Source of the DNA: Candidatus Omnitrophota bacterium
Lineage (GTDB): Bacteria; Omnitrophota; Gorgyraeia; Gygaellales; Profunditerraquicolaceae
DNA: 64,000 nt
NCBI GenBank assembly: GCA_028712375.1
Contig: JAQTQG010000003.1
Coordinates: forward strand, 14,619 to 78,618
Reading direction: 5' to 3'
Part shown: positions 8,462 to 17,105 of the stretch, in pieces
Position numbering within the stretch: position 1 is the first letter of the stretch
Layout: every line of letters begins with the position of its first letter
The notes under the pieces: generated by a model
Database searches by the model: none
Told to the model about the DNA's origin: nothing
The model's input: only the letters and a program-made list of their open reading frames with translations
Position numbers and translations under genes: made by a program

Positions 8462-10351
8462 TTAAGAAATAGTTACAACCGCTTCTGCTTCTGACCAAGT
8501 GTTTATCAAATCCAATATTTTTTGAATTTGAATCGGATAATCTTCTAATGAAAGATCTTCATATTTCATAAAAGCAGCTCCGATCTTGCCATGTTTTTCT
8601 ACTTGATTTGTAGCTATGCCTATAATGTTTTCAAGTTCTGGTGTAATTTTGATGATCTTCCCAATATTTTTATCCAAAGAACCATCAATAAAATCGTTTT
8701 CTTTAAACATTCTGAGCTCAGATTCTTCTTTGTCTGTTTTATTAGGTTTATTTTCTGGAAAGTTAATAGGGTCTATATCATGGATAGCAACGTAAGGAAC
8801 TTTGAACTTATTAAGTACTCGCATAAATATATGTATATTGGTTTTTCCGCCACATTCAACTACGCATATGTTTTTAGCAACGAAGTCATATTTTTTATCT
8901 TTTACAGTAAATTTTGTTGCCCAGAAAGGAACTATAAATTTTTCGGTATCACCTTCAACCAATACTACTTTCTTAGAGAAAAACATTTCACTACGCGATA
9001 AGTCAAAAAGGCTTAAATAACGGAAAACTTTTTTTAACCTATTGTTTTCCTGTGTGGTTTCAGCAGCAAATATATCTCCAACAAATTGAAAGGTATTTGT
9101 TGGACCTTTTTCCTCACGCCCAACGATCACGATATTCTTGTATTCAAACATATCTACAAAAAAGTTAGAATGTGTACAGGCCAATATTTGATCAGTAGTT
9201 GCGATATTCCTTAAAACTTCAATCATCTTTCTTTGGCCATTAGGATGTAAATATAGTTCTGGTTCCTCAATTGCAAGTATAAAATTTTTCACCAAGGCTT
9301 CCGGTTGATCTTCTTCTACAATTACAGTACTTACTGTTTTAGCATAAGCTCTTATATAAGCTAAAATTAGTGCACGTTGAAGACCATGTCCCTTAGAATC
9401 AATCGAAGTAGGCAAAGCGTCATCTAAAGTAATATTCACATCTTTAAATAAATCAACAAGTTCGGGAGTGACGATTTCAATACCAACCTTTGTTCCTGGC
9501 ATACTTTCGCTTATTATGCCTGTAATAGTGCTTTCGAAATCTTTTATTTCCTGTAATCGGTCTGAGTCATCTCCAGTACCTGATTTATTTAAATATTTCT
9601 TCAACCCTTCGAGCTGGTTCTTAACCTCTTCAAATTTTGGATTCTTTAAAACTATCCTATTTGTTAAATCGGTTACTAACTTCCCTAATACAGTTTGCTG
9701 TGTAGTCTTAGATTCATCACATGCATCTTTTACAGCAGGAACCAAATAAAATTTAGGCAACAAATCAGCAAATACTTCTTTGAGGCCTGCAGGATTCTTT
9801 ATCCAATCTGGATCACCAAATTCCACTTTTCCGTCCTCTATACACTTCATAACCCCTTCTTTATATGAAGCCTGGGTCACGGTTCCCTTATCAGTTTTAA
9901 AATAGTCTGGTAAATTTTTATCTTTCACAATTTTTGCAATATCCCCTTTATATTCATCAAATCTTGATAGATCAAAATGGAGCTCGCGAGGCTTAGCTTG
10001 CCATCCATAAAACGTCGTTTCATATTTTTCACTCTGATTATTATACTCTACGACCTTTTTCACTCGAATTGCATGGTCATAGATCCAATGCTTAAGATAC
10101 TTTTGTTTTTCATCATACTCAGTTAATCTATCAAATGTCAAAATAATAGTGATTGGTTCATTATTCTTTTTGAAATAAAAATATTCCTCGTTTATCCCCT
10201 TAACCGAATCTTGATAGAATAATTCTATTGCTCGAAGTATATTGGATTTACCTGCATTATTCTCTCCAATAAACATAGCCAATGAATCTATTTCAATTTC
10301 TATGCTGTCTATGGACTTAAATTTGTGTATTTCGACTTTACGTAACTTCAT
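8462..10351 (-). CDS. OLD-family nuclease (ABC-type ATPase + Toprim)
   Basis: Walker A GENNAGKSN. LAIEEPELYLHP (Walker B/D-loop). C-terminal Toprim motifs VVLVEGDTEKF, VVECGGKTN, AIHDIDP. 629 aa. Confidence 0.9.
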   Translation of the reverse strand: MKLRKVEIHKFKSIDSIEIEIDSLAMFIGENNAGKSNILRAIELFYQDSVKGINEEYFYFKKNNEPITIILTFDRLTEYDEKQKYLKHWIYDHAIRVKKVVEYNNQSEKYETTFYGWQAKPRELHFDLSRFDEYKGDIAKIVKDKNLPDYFKTDKGTVTQASYKEGVMKCIEDGKVEFGDPDWIKNPAGLKEVFADLLPKFYLVPAVKDACDESKTTQQTVLGKLVTDLTNRIVLKNPKFEEVKNQLEGLKKYLNKSGTGDDSDRLQEIKDFESTITGIISESMPGTKVGIEIVTPELVDLFKDVNITLDDALPTSIDSKGHGLQRALILAYIRAYAKTVSTVIVEEDQPEALVKNFILAIEEPELYLHPNGQRKMIEVLRNIATTDQILACTHSNFFVDMFEYKNIVIVGREEKGPTNTFQFVGDIFAAETTQENNRLKKVFRYLSLFDLSRSEMFFSKKVVLVEGDTEKFIVPFWATKFTVKDKKYDFVAKNICVVECGGKTNIHIFMRVLNKFKVPYVAIHDIDPINFPENKPNKTDKEESELRMFKENDFIDGSLDKNIGKIIKITPELENIIGIATNQVEKHGKIGAAFMKYEDLSLEDYPIQIQKILDLINTWSEAEAVVTIS

Positions 10352-10533
10352 GGTGTTATTATACCTCTTTTTATTACCCCTAACAATAATTTCAAGTTTT
10401 TCACTGAGAGCTTATCTGCATGCCTCAAGCCACAATCATACCTTAGAAACCGATAAAACTTCATAATCTGCTTAGTTTCTTCTATTAACTTCCTATGCCT
10501 TATGTTCCATAGCCGAGTAATCGGACTGATCAT
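10348..10533 (-). CDS. 61-aa basic micro-protein, translationally coupled to the OLD gene
   Basis: AGGAGG SD 8 nt upstream of ATG 10533 (MISPITRLWNIRHRK...). Its TGA overlaps the OLD ATG as ATGA. No recognisable domain. Confidence 0.45.
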   Translation of the reverse strand: MISPITRLWNIRHRKLIEETKQIMKFYRFLRYDCGLRHADKLSVKNLKLLLGVIKRGIITP

Positions 10534-10708
10534 CTTTACCACCTCCTGCTATCAATAGACGCAGAAAGTGGAAAAATCTAACAGGATTTTTAGAATTTAA
10601 CTTCGTTTTTTACTTAATTTTGGGCAGGATTTATATATGGAATTTCTCTATGAACTTCGCTTTTGGTATAAATTACGAAGCTATATTATTGAAACCTGAA
10701 ATTTGCTT

Positions 10709-12220
10709 CTATTCTGGAGCTCCCATAATAAAACCTGTGGTAAGCCCTTTTTCTTTAAACCAACTTTTTAATATGCCCTTACTTCCAGCAATTGCCGTAT
10801 CAATTTCTGAATCCGTTGGGGCACTCCACATTTGCCAGTTAAATAATCTTGCTAAACATGCTTTTATTTTTGAGTAGTCGCTATCCACTAAATCCCTATA
10901 AAATGGCTTAGCTTTCTCATCTCCATCATGAATATCTAATTTCGCACATATTGCGTCTCGCAATAGTTCTGACCAGGCCATAATTGATTTTGAAGAAAAT
11001 ATCCTACTGAGTTTACGCTGATTTTGATCACTAGGCGCGGCTGCAGGATTCCAATGTGAAAGCGCAAGTTCAAAAATCATATTCATTAAAGCAATAACAT
11101 TCTTAAACTCTGATTCTCTCCTATATTTTTCTGAAAACATATCATCATCAAGAGGCTCGGTATAAAGAAAACAAGCAAGGATTGACTTAGAGAGCATATC
11201 CACAGTAAGCGGTTGTTCATTGGAGCTCCTATTACTTGTTGAAACGAGTGGTTTGAGTTTATTAGACTCATCTTCAAGAATAGAATTATATAAGTAACTA
11301 CGGAAACGCTTGTTTCGCTCGCCCCGCGTAAGAGATATGTCTTTCTGCTCTAGAAATGACAAAAAACCACTTTCATTTTTTTTCTCAATATCTTCTCTAT
11401 TTTTATACTCTTCAAAATCTTTCCCAAATTGATTCCCTAATTTAAGAATTAATACTGACGAAAAAAATCTTGTTTGGGCGAATTTATCATGTGCTGATAT
11501 ATTAGCTTGATTAAGCATCCTCAAGTCGGGATCAAGATAGATCTTGCATTCAAATGTCTTTCTCCCATTCCACAATATCGCAGCTGCCTTGTGTTGACCA
11601 TCAAAAAGCAATATCCTATTATTTGAAACACGTCCTATTGAAGGTTGCAAAACTGGATAAATCTGGAAATGACGAAACATTTCAAATACTTTATCAAAAA
11701 TCAAATAACGTGGTTGTAGGCCCAAATGTTCATTATCATCATCATCGCTGTTAAGAATTGATATGGGTAAATTACCATAAAAATATTTCCAACCGGTTCG
11801 CGGACAGGTTTGGATATTAAACTGAGATGAAAAGGAGTGGTGTTGTAAAGTAACTGTTTTATCTTGGACATTAATAGCAACCGCTTCTCCAAAAGACTCA
11901 ATATCACCTGCCTTTTTTAAGTGCGTAATTAGATTACGCAATGTTAATCTATCGCCTTCTTCAAAAAATGATTCAAGTCGAAGTTTTATACGAAAATCCC
12001 CTAGAGGCAACATTCCCTTCGCCTTATTATGGTATTCGCACATAGGTGCAATATTATCAAGTTCTGATTGCCCATCTCGAGCATAAGCCCAAATATGGTC
12101 AAAATGAACCCTCTCCCCTTCCGGGATTGCATGCCCATTGGCAAAGCAAATACGCCCATGTCGATTTAAAATTATTTTCTTTTCATCATCATTGATTTGC
12201 CTTTTTAGAGTAATTGCCAT
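10709..12220 (-). CDS. HNH nuclease fused to a DGQHR-type (here DGQHK) ParB/DndB-like domain
   Basis: N-terminus: VHFDHIWAYARDGQSELDNIAPMCEYHNKAKG (HNH). Middle: RILLFDGQHKAAAILW (DGQHR-like motif). GGAGGT SD upstream of the ATG. Confidence 0.8.
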   Translation of the reverse strand: MAITLKRQINDDEKKIILNRHGRICFANGHAIPEGERVHFDHIWAYARDGQSELDNIAPMCEYHNKAKGMLPLGDFRIKLRLESFFEEGDRLTLRNLITHLKKAGDIESFGEAVAINVQDKTVTLQHHSFSSQFNIQTCPRTGWKYFYGNLPISILNSDDDDNEHLGLQPRYLIFDKVFEMFRHFQIYPVLQPSIGRVSNNRILLFDGQHKAAAILWNGRKTFECKIYLDPDLRMLNQANISAHDKFAQTRFFSSVLILKLGNQFGKDFEEYKNREDIEKKNESGFLSFLEQKDISLTRGERNKRFRSYLYNSILEDESNKLKPLVSTSNRSSNEQPLTVDMLSKSILACFLYTEPLDDDMFSEKYRRESEFKNVIALMNMIFELALSHWNPAAAPSDQNQRKLSRIFSSKSIMAWSELLRDAICAKLDIHDGDEKAKPFYRDLVDSDYSKIKACLARLFNWQMWSAPTDSEIDTAIAGSKGILKSWFKEKGLTTGFIMGAPE

Positions 12221-12288
12221 GTGCTACCTCCATCTATTCTATTAGCTTAAAATCAAAATGTGTTTTTGGTAAAAAATTCTATCTATAC

Positions 12289-12501
12289 TCAATGATGCTC
12301 TCTTTCGTATAGAGTGTGCAGTATCTTATATAATCTTTTGCCGTTTGTAACTTGTCCATCACTATTAACAGATACAATCAAATCCTTAGTTGCTAGCCTT
12401 ATCCCGTCATCACCATATTTGAACATTCTTACAACATCACTTAAATAGATAGCAAATCTACCTTTGGGACTTTGAATAATCTTACCTTTTGCACCAGGCA
12501 T
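12289..12501 (-). CDS. 70-aa hypothetical protein
   Basis: GAGGAGG SD 5 nt upstream of the ATG. Co-directional with and upstream of the HNH-DGQHK gene. No motif recognised. Confidence 0.5.
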   Translation of the reverse strand: MPGAKGKIIQSPKGRFAIYLSDVVRMFKYGDDGIRLATKDLIVSVNSDGQVTNGKRLYKILHTLYEREHH

Positions 12502-12553
12502 ATTATCCTCCTCTGGATTAAATCAAAGATGGAACCGACACGTATTGTTATAA

Positions 12554-12886
12554 TTAAGCATATTTCTCTTTGTGCATTTCATAATACAAATCAAATATTT
12601 TCTTTGCAATCTTAGAACCTGTGCTATTTTTAATAATACTCATGGTATTCTCTACTGAACCTATCCAAACTTCTCCTTTATGATTTAAAACGGGTCCATG
12701 TTTTGTTAATTGCCTCACAACCCATTCCCAGTCTTTTTGAAATTCCTCAGGAAAATCTTTTGGTTCTAAAACATGGCAGATTAAATATGATCCAATGAGC
12801 CTTGACCTTACGTCTTTTTGACCAACAGCTAAAGCATAAACAACTTCAAATAATTTCTCTTGTACATAAGAATAACTTTTTCTCAT
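12554..12886 (-). CDS. 110-aa hypothetical protein
   Basis: First ORF of the co-directional array. Apparently helical, with no recognisable motif and no obvious SD. Confidence 0.45.
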   Translation of the reverse strand: MRKSYSYVQEKLFEVVYALAVGQKDVRSRLIGSYLICHVLEPKDFPEEFQKDWEWVVRQLTKHGPVLNHKGEVWIGSVENTMSIIKNSTGSKIAKKIFDLYYEMHKEKYA

Positions 12887-13088
12887 AATAAATATCTATA
12901 AGCAAAAAAACAACCCTATTTTAGAGAGTTGCCTTAGATTTGACCTAGTTTAACCTCATTACCGCTCCTATTTAAATATAAGTTATTATCCTACCCCCAT
13001 AGCCCAAAATCAACCCTTTTTTAACTGTTCTAGGATAATAAATGTTAAATGAATTTAGTATTCTACACAAATTTCGAAGTAGTAATAC

Positions 13089-13117
13089 TGGACGCAGCAT
13101 CTTAAAAGGTATATAAT
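13089..13117 (+). promoter_or_regulatory. Candidate sigma70-like promoter for the restriction nuclease gene
   Basis: TGGACG, 17 nt, then TATAAT (13112-13117), about 22 nt upstream of the AAGGAAAA SD and ATG 13140. Confidence 0.3.
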
Positions 13118-13139
13118 ATTTTTAACAAAGGAAAACACA

Positions 13140-13988
13140 ATGAAGTTTGCCGATGTAAATAAGACCATAATAAAGCTGTGCAAAGATAACAGTTTGGATT
13201 TCTTAGCTGAATGCGAAGCTATCCAATCTGAAGTTGATGCCTGCTCTCTACCTGAAATTCTCGACCATTTAGATAATGCAGGTATCATACCCGAATGTTT
13301 TGATCACGATTCTACGGAAGAAAAGTTGTTCGCAAAGTATTGTGACTCTTTATTAGCTCGTGGGTTACGAGAAATAGGATTAAACGCATATACAATACCA
13401 GAACGCAGTGATGCGGCTGATGTTCAAGGGAAGGGTAGCAATTACACTATTGTTGGAGATGCTAAAGCGTTTCGTCTTAGCAGAACAGCAAAAAACCAAA
13501 AAGATTTTAAGGTCGAGGCTCTTGATAAATGGAGAAATGGATCCGATTTCGCTGTATTAGTAAGCCCTCTTTACCAGTACCCAAATACAAATAGCCAGAT
13601 TTACTCACAAGCAATAAGGTATAATGTTACCCTATTATCTTATACCCACCTAGCTTTCCTAATAAGAAATAGAAATAATATAAAGAATGGCTCTCTTAGG
13701 GGATTATGGGAAATCGGAAAAAAGCTCTCTATTGGTAAAAGCGCCAAATCATACTGGGGATTAATTGACGCTAAAATGCTAGAAATTACCGGGAAGGATA
13801 AAAAGGATTGGGATAGCGCTATAGAAACAGAATACAAATGCTTAGTTCAGAGAGCTAAGGACGAGATTAAGTATTGGGAAGATGAAAAAGCAAAGATATT
13901 AAAATTGTCTCACGATGCGGCAATACAAGAACTAATTAAGGCTAGGAAAATAACAGAAAAGGTCGGAGTTATTAAGCAGTTTATATAG
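13140..13988 (+). CDS. Putative type II restriction endonuclease (PD-DxK)
   Basis: 282 aa, convergent with and 7 nt from the methyltransferase stop. AADVQGKGSNYTIVGDAKAF fits D...(D/E)xK. The specific family was not recognised. Confidence 0.55.
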   Translation: MKFADVNKTIIKLCKDNSLDFLAECEAIQSEVDACSLPEILDHLDNAGIIPECFDHDSTEEKLFAKYCDSLLARGLREIGLNAYTIPERSDAADVQGKGSNYTIVGDAKAFRLSRTAKNQKDFKVEALDKWRNGSDFAVLVSPLYQYPNTNSQIYSQAIRYNVTLLSYTHLAFLIRNRNNIKNGSLRGLWEIGKKLSIGKSAKSYWGLIDAKMLEITGKDKKDWDSAIETEYKCLVQRAKDEIKYWEDEKAKILKLSHDAAIQELIKARKITEKVGVIKQFI

Positions 13989-13995
13989 CGTTGAT

Positions 13996-16200
13996 TTAAA
14001 GAGATTTTCTTTTTGTGATTTTGAAGCCTGAATAGAGTGTTGAGATGTAGTCTGAAATACTCATAATCATATCTGCATCACATCCACCCCCAGTGATGTT
14101 CTTATAGTTGACCAGTAACCCAATTCCCTGTGCGAATATTGCCAACCCAATGTCTTTCTCGCTCCATCCCGCTTCTTTCAACACATTACCATAATCAGAT
14201 ACGTAAGAAGATACCTTAGCAATTATTTCGGGGAAAGATATTGATGATTTCTCTTCCATTGTTTTATGACAGACGAAGGTAATGCAAGTATCTATTGCTT
14301 CTGATGTCATGCCGCGAGGTCTTGCTTTTCTTTCTATACTAAGTGGTTGCACGCTTGTGATTATAAAATTAGTGTCTCTAAACGCCCGAATAATTGCGTC
14401 CCATCCGCCTAGTGAGCTATGGCTATAAATAAACGATAGGACGCCGTCATATTTCAAAACTCTCTCAGCTTCTTTTATCGCCTTGCCTAATTCTAAGCAA
14501 TACTTATCGTGAGCTTCAAGGGCCGATTGACTACGAAATGCTGAAGCAACTAATTCGGAACCAAAGCTAGTGTCTTGTTTGTTAAATAAATCCGGATCAA
14601 CATTTTTTAATAAAATTCTTTTCCACGCATAAAAGAAATCCGCTAATATGCTGTAATAAATATTATCATAGTATGGGGGATCTGTTATAATTGCATCAAA
14701 ATAATTGCTCTTAAATGGGAGGTTTTGGGCAATTCCACAGTTTACTTCCGGTTTATATGGAAATTTTTCGATGGAGCTAATGCCTGAAATGATACGGTCG
14801 AGCTTATCCCAAAGATTAGCTGGGCCATTCATTATGGGGTCTATTTCGCCATAATCCCAAAGCATGGGAACGCCTGGACCGCAAAAAGCTCGCCCCATCT
14901 GTTCATTTTGCGAAATCCACATAGATAAACGACAATTCCAATCCACAAGTTGATCAATTAAACTCGCCAATACAGAAATAGCAAAATCCGCCAACTCCTT
15001 TGAATTCTGCTCCTTCAATAACCGATATTCATCTTTCAGACACTTTATCAAAGACAGTAGAACCACCCTCTGCCTTTTATTGACAAAATCACTATGAGTT
15101 TCTATGCCGTAAACTGAGGGGTTCACAATGCCGGACCATTTGGGCAATTTCGTATTTGGAAGACTGCTTTCTAAAGATTTTAATAAATCATTTTCAAGAT
15201 GAGAGATCTTAACGGCTGAGGGAATCAGCAAATCGTTGTTTTCTATAAGCAAAAACTCTTTCCCGGATTTTTCTTTCCGCTTAACAAAAGCAATTAGCTC
15301 ATCTCGAGTGTTGCTAATATCAACTTTTTCAACTATATGAGAGCATTTTGGGCATTTAGCAGACCCATTTCGACCTTCCCAATTTGAGTTATGTTCATAT
15401 TTGTCATCCACTTCCTTAATCCCAATATGCTGTCGATCCTTGGAATTATTTATAATAATTGCTATTCGCTTATTTTTCTTGCGTGACAGCCAGGGTCTTT
15501 TTATTAAATAATATACATATTTACATTTTGGGCATTTTAATGAATACGTCCAGAAATACACTACAGGTGGTCTTTGTTTCGTCTCGGATATCTCACCCTG
15601 CTTACTTCTTGATACCCCTCCCTTCCTCAATGGAAACAATTCATTTGTTGCTTCTTCTAAAGACTTTAAAACACGAATGCCAGATTTCCTTACAATATCT
15701 TCGGCACTTCTTAAATCAACTTTCTGCGAGTATTCAAGATTTGCTTTTTGTATAAAAACAGACAATTCATTCGCATCAATAGAGTATGCTTTGGCACCTA
15801 TGTTGGCTATTTCTAATGGTATTGTTCCTCCACCACCAAACATATCTAGGGCCTTTGGAGGAACTACGTATTGTTCTTTAATAATAGCTCGGGCTTTATC
15901 TATGGCACTTTTGTTTGCATCCCCCGCTAACTCAACCATTATTTCATACATTTTAGGTGTACTTATTTTACATAGAGAAGCAAACGCAAGTATCCTCATA
16001 GCAGAATGAGGTCTTCGAGCCCACCAAACGTGGAGTGTATGCGACGTTTCTCCACTTCGGTATCGTTCCGCAAGACCAGCTATTGAGGCTTCGTAATGTA
16101 AAAGTCCACTATCTATCAAACGATGTTCCGAAGTGTTTGGGATCAGAGCAATTTCAGGACTTGATTGGGTTTTATTTTGACACATACTACTTATTGGCAT
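13996..16200 (-). CDS. DUF1156-type DNA methyltransferase (DPPY, N6-A/N4-C class) with an internal Zn ribbon
   Basis: LHVWWARRPHSAMR (DUF1156 signature as recalled), DMFGGGGTIPLE (SAM motif I), ITDPPYYDNIYY (motif IV), and CPKC...CPKC ribbon in the middle. Confidence 0.9.
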   Translation of the reverse strand: MPISSMCQNKTQSSPEIALIPNTSEHRLIDSGLLHYEASIAGLAERYRSGETSHTLHVWWARRPHSAMRILAFASLCKISTPKMYEIMVELAGDANKSAIDKARAIIKEQYVVPPKALDMFGGGGTIPLEIANIGAKAYSIDANELSVFIQKANLEYSQKVDLRSAEDIVRKSGIRVLKSLEEATNELFPLRKGGVSRSKQGEISETKQRPPVVYFWTYSLKCPKCKYVYYLIKRPWLSRKKNKRIAIIINNSKDRQHIGIKEVDDKYEHNSNWEGRNGSAKCPKCSHIVEKVDISNTRDELIAFVKRKEKSGKEFLLIENNDLLIPSAVKISHLENDLLKSLESSLPNTKLPKWSGIVNPSVYGIETHSDFVNKRQRVVLLSLIKCLKDEYRLLKEQNSKELADFAISVLASLIDQLVDWNCRLSMWISQNEQMGRAFCGPGVPMLWDYGEIDPIMNGPANLWDKLDRIISGISSIEKFPYKPEVNCGIAQNLPFKSNYFDAIITDPPYYDNIYYSILADFFYAWKRILLKNVDPDLFNKQDTSFGSELVASAFRSQSALEAHDKYCLELGKAIKEAERVLKYDGVLSFIYSHSSLGGWDAIIRAFRDTNFIITSVQPLSIERKARPRGMTSEAIDTCITFVCHKTMEEKSSISFPEIIAKVSSYVSDYGNVLKEAGWSEKDIGLAIFAQGIGLLVNYKNITGGGCDADMIMSISDYISTLYSGFKITKRKSL

Positions 16201-16463
16201 TTTACAGATAGGCCTTTGCCACGACTTATTTCAAGCACATAGCATTTTTCATTAAGGGGGATCTTACGGGTATATCGCCAACCAAATGAAATACGTCTAT
16301 ATTTCCAATCGATTCTTTTTTTACCTAAATCTTGTCCTTCAAAATTAACCAAAATTTCATCAGCATCATTTAACAACTTTTTAATATCTGGATCTCGCTT
16401 TTGTTTCCATATTATGTATCCCCATTTCCTAGCACGGTTCAAAATTGGTATAGTAAAGGCCAT
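16191..16463 (-). CDS. 90-aa basic protein translationally coupled to the methyltransferase
   Basis: AAGGAGGT SD. Its stop overlaps the MTase start by 10 nt. K/R/W-rich (RIDWKYRRISFGWRYTRK), possibly a small DNA-binding barrel. No firm family assignment. Confidence 0.5.
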   Translation of the reverse strand: MAFTIPILNRARKWGYIIWKQKRDPDIKKLLNDADEILVNFEGQDLGKKRIDWKYRRISFGWRYTRKIPLNEKCYVLEISRGKGLSVKCQ

Positions 16464-16519
16464 TGTCTACCTCCTTTTTATTTAGTCTATTGTAAAACGA
16501 TGGAAGAGTCAAGCTTGGT

Positions 16520-17104
16520 TTAAACACTAAGTAGCTCGGCACACTCCGCCAGATCTTCCTTCGTTACGCCCGTGTAGATCTGCGTCGTAGAAACGAACTT
16601 GTGTCCCAAAAACTCCTGCACCTTCCGGATGTTGCCACACTTTCGCATTAACTCCGTCCCAACCGTGTGCCTCAGACAGTGTGGTGAATATCTTCCTTCC
16701 AAGCCACTTTCACTAACCCATTTATTAAGGTTTAACTGCACTGCCCTCTGGGTAATTCTTTTGTTGTTCCTTGATAAAAATAAGGGTTCGCTCAAGGAGA
16801 AGCCTTCATCCTTTGCCTTTCTCTGCCTAATGTATTTATCTATGTGGGCTCTAATATCCTTGTTTAATGGTATTTGCCTAATCCTGTCGCCCTTGCCTTT
16901 TATCTCCAACACTTCCTTTGACGAATAGCCGTTGTGCACATCCTTGGCATTAAGGTTGATCGTTTCACTAAGGCGTAATCCAGTATTAAGCATAAGGTCA
17001 AACATACAATAATCACGCCAGGCTTTCCTGCTGTCGGCAAGTGTCTTTAAGAATTGTTTCTTTTGTTCAGAAGTCAGATATCTTATCGTGTTCCTCTTGG
17101 CCAT
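16520..17104 (-). CDS. Short tyrosine recombinase (Xer/phage-integrase catalytic domain only)
   Basis: NTGLRLSE, HCLRHTVGTEL, LGHKFVSTTQIYTGV (R..HxxR..Y). The likely start is ATG 17104 (GAGGTG SD); the track ORF extends to 17134. Confidence 0.9.
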   Translation of the reverse strand: MAKRNTIRYLTSEQKKQFLKTLADSRKAWRDYCMFDLMLNTGLRLSETINLNAKDVHNGYSSKEVLEIKGKGDRIRQIPLNKDIRAHIDKYIRQRKAKDEGFSLSEPLFLSRNNKRITQRAVQLNLNKWVSESGLEGRYSPHCLRHTVGTELMRKCGNIRKVQEFLGHKFVSTTQIYTGVTKEDLAECAELLSV

Positions 17105-17105
17105 T

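Noticed and set aside
10620-10877. 85-aa plus-strand ORF bridging the OLD/HNH spacer.
   Set aside because: It overlaps the HNH-DGQHK 3' end antisense, with no SD or motif.
8462-12220. Possible assignment of the OLD gene to Gabija, PARIS or Septu.
   Set aside because: There is no UvrD-like helicase (Gabija). The ATPase and Toprim are fused, and there is no separate AriB-like gene. The upstream HNH protein is a 503-aa DGQHK fusion placed before the ATPase, not a small PtuB after it.
10709-12220. The DGQHK protein as DndB/DpdB of a DNA-modification cluster.
   Set aside because: No dndACDE, sspBCD or dpd genes occur in the window, and the protein carries its own HNH nuclease.
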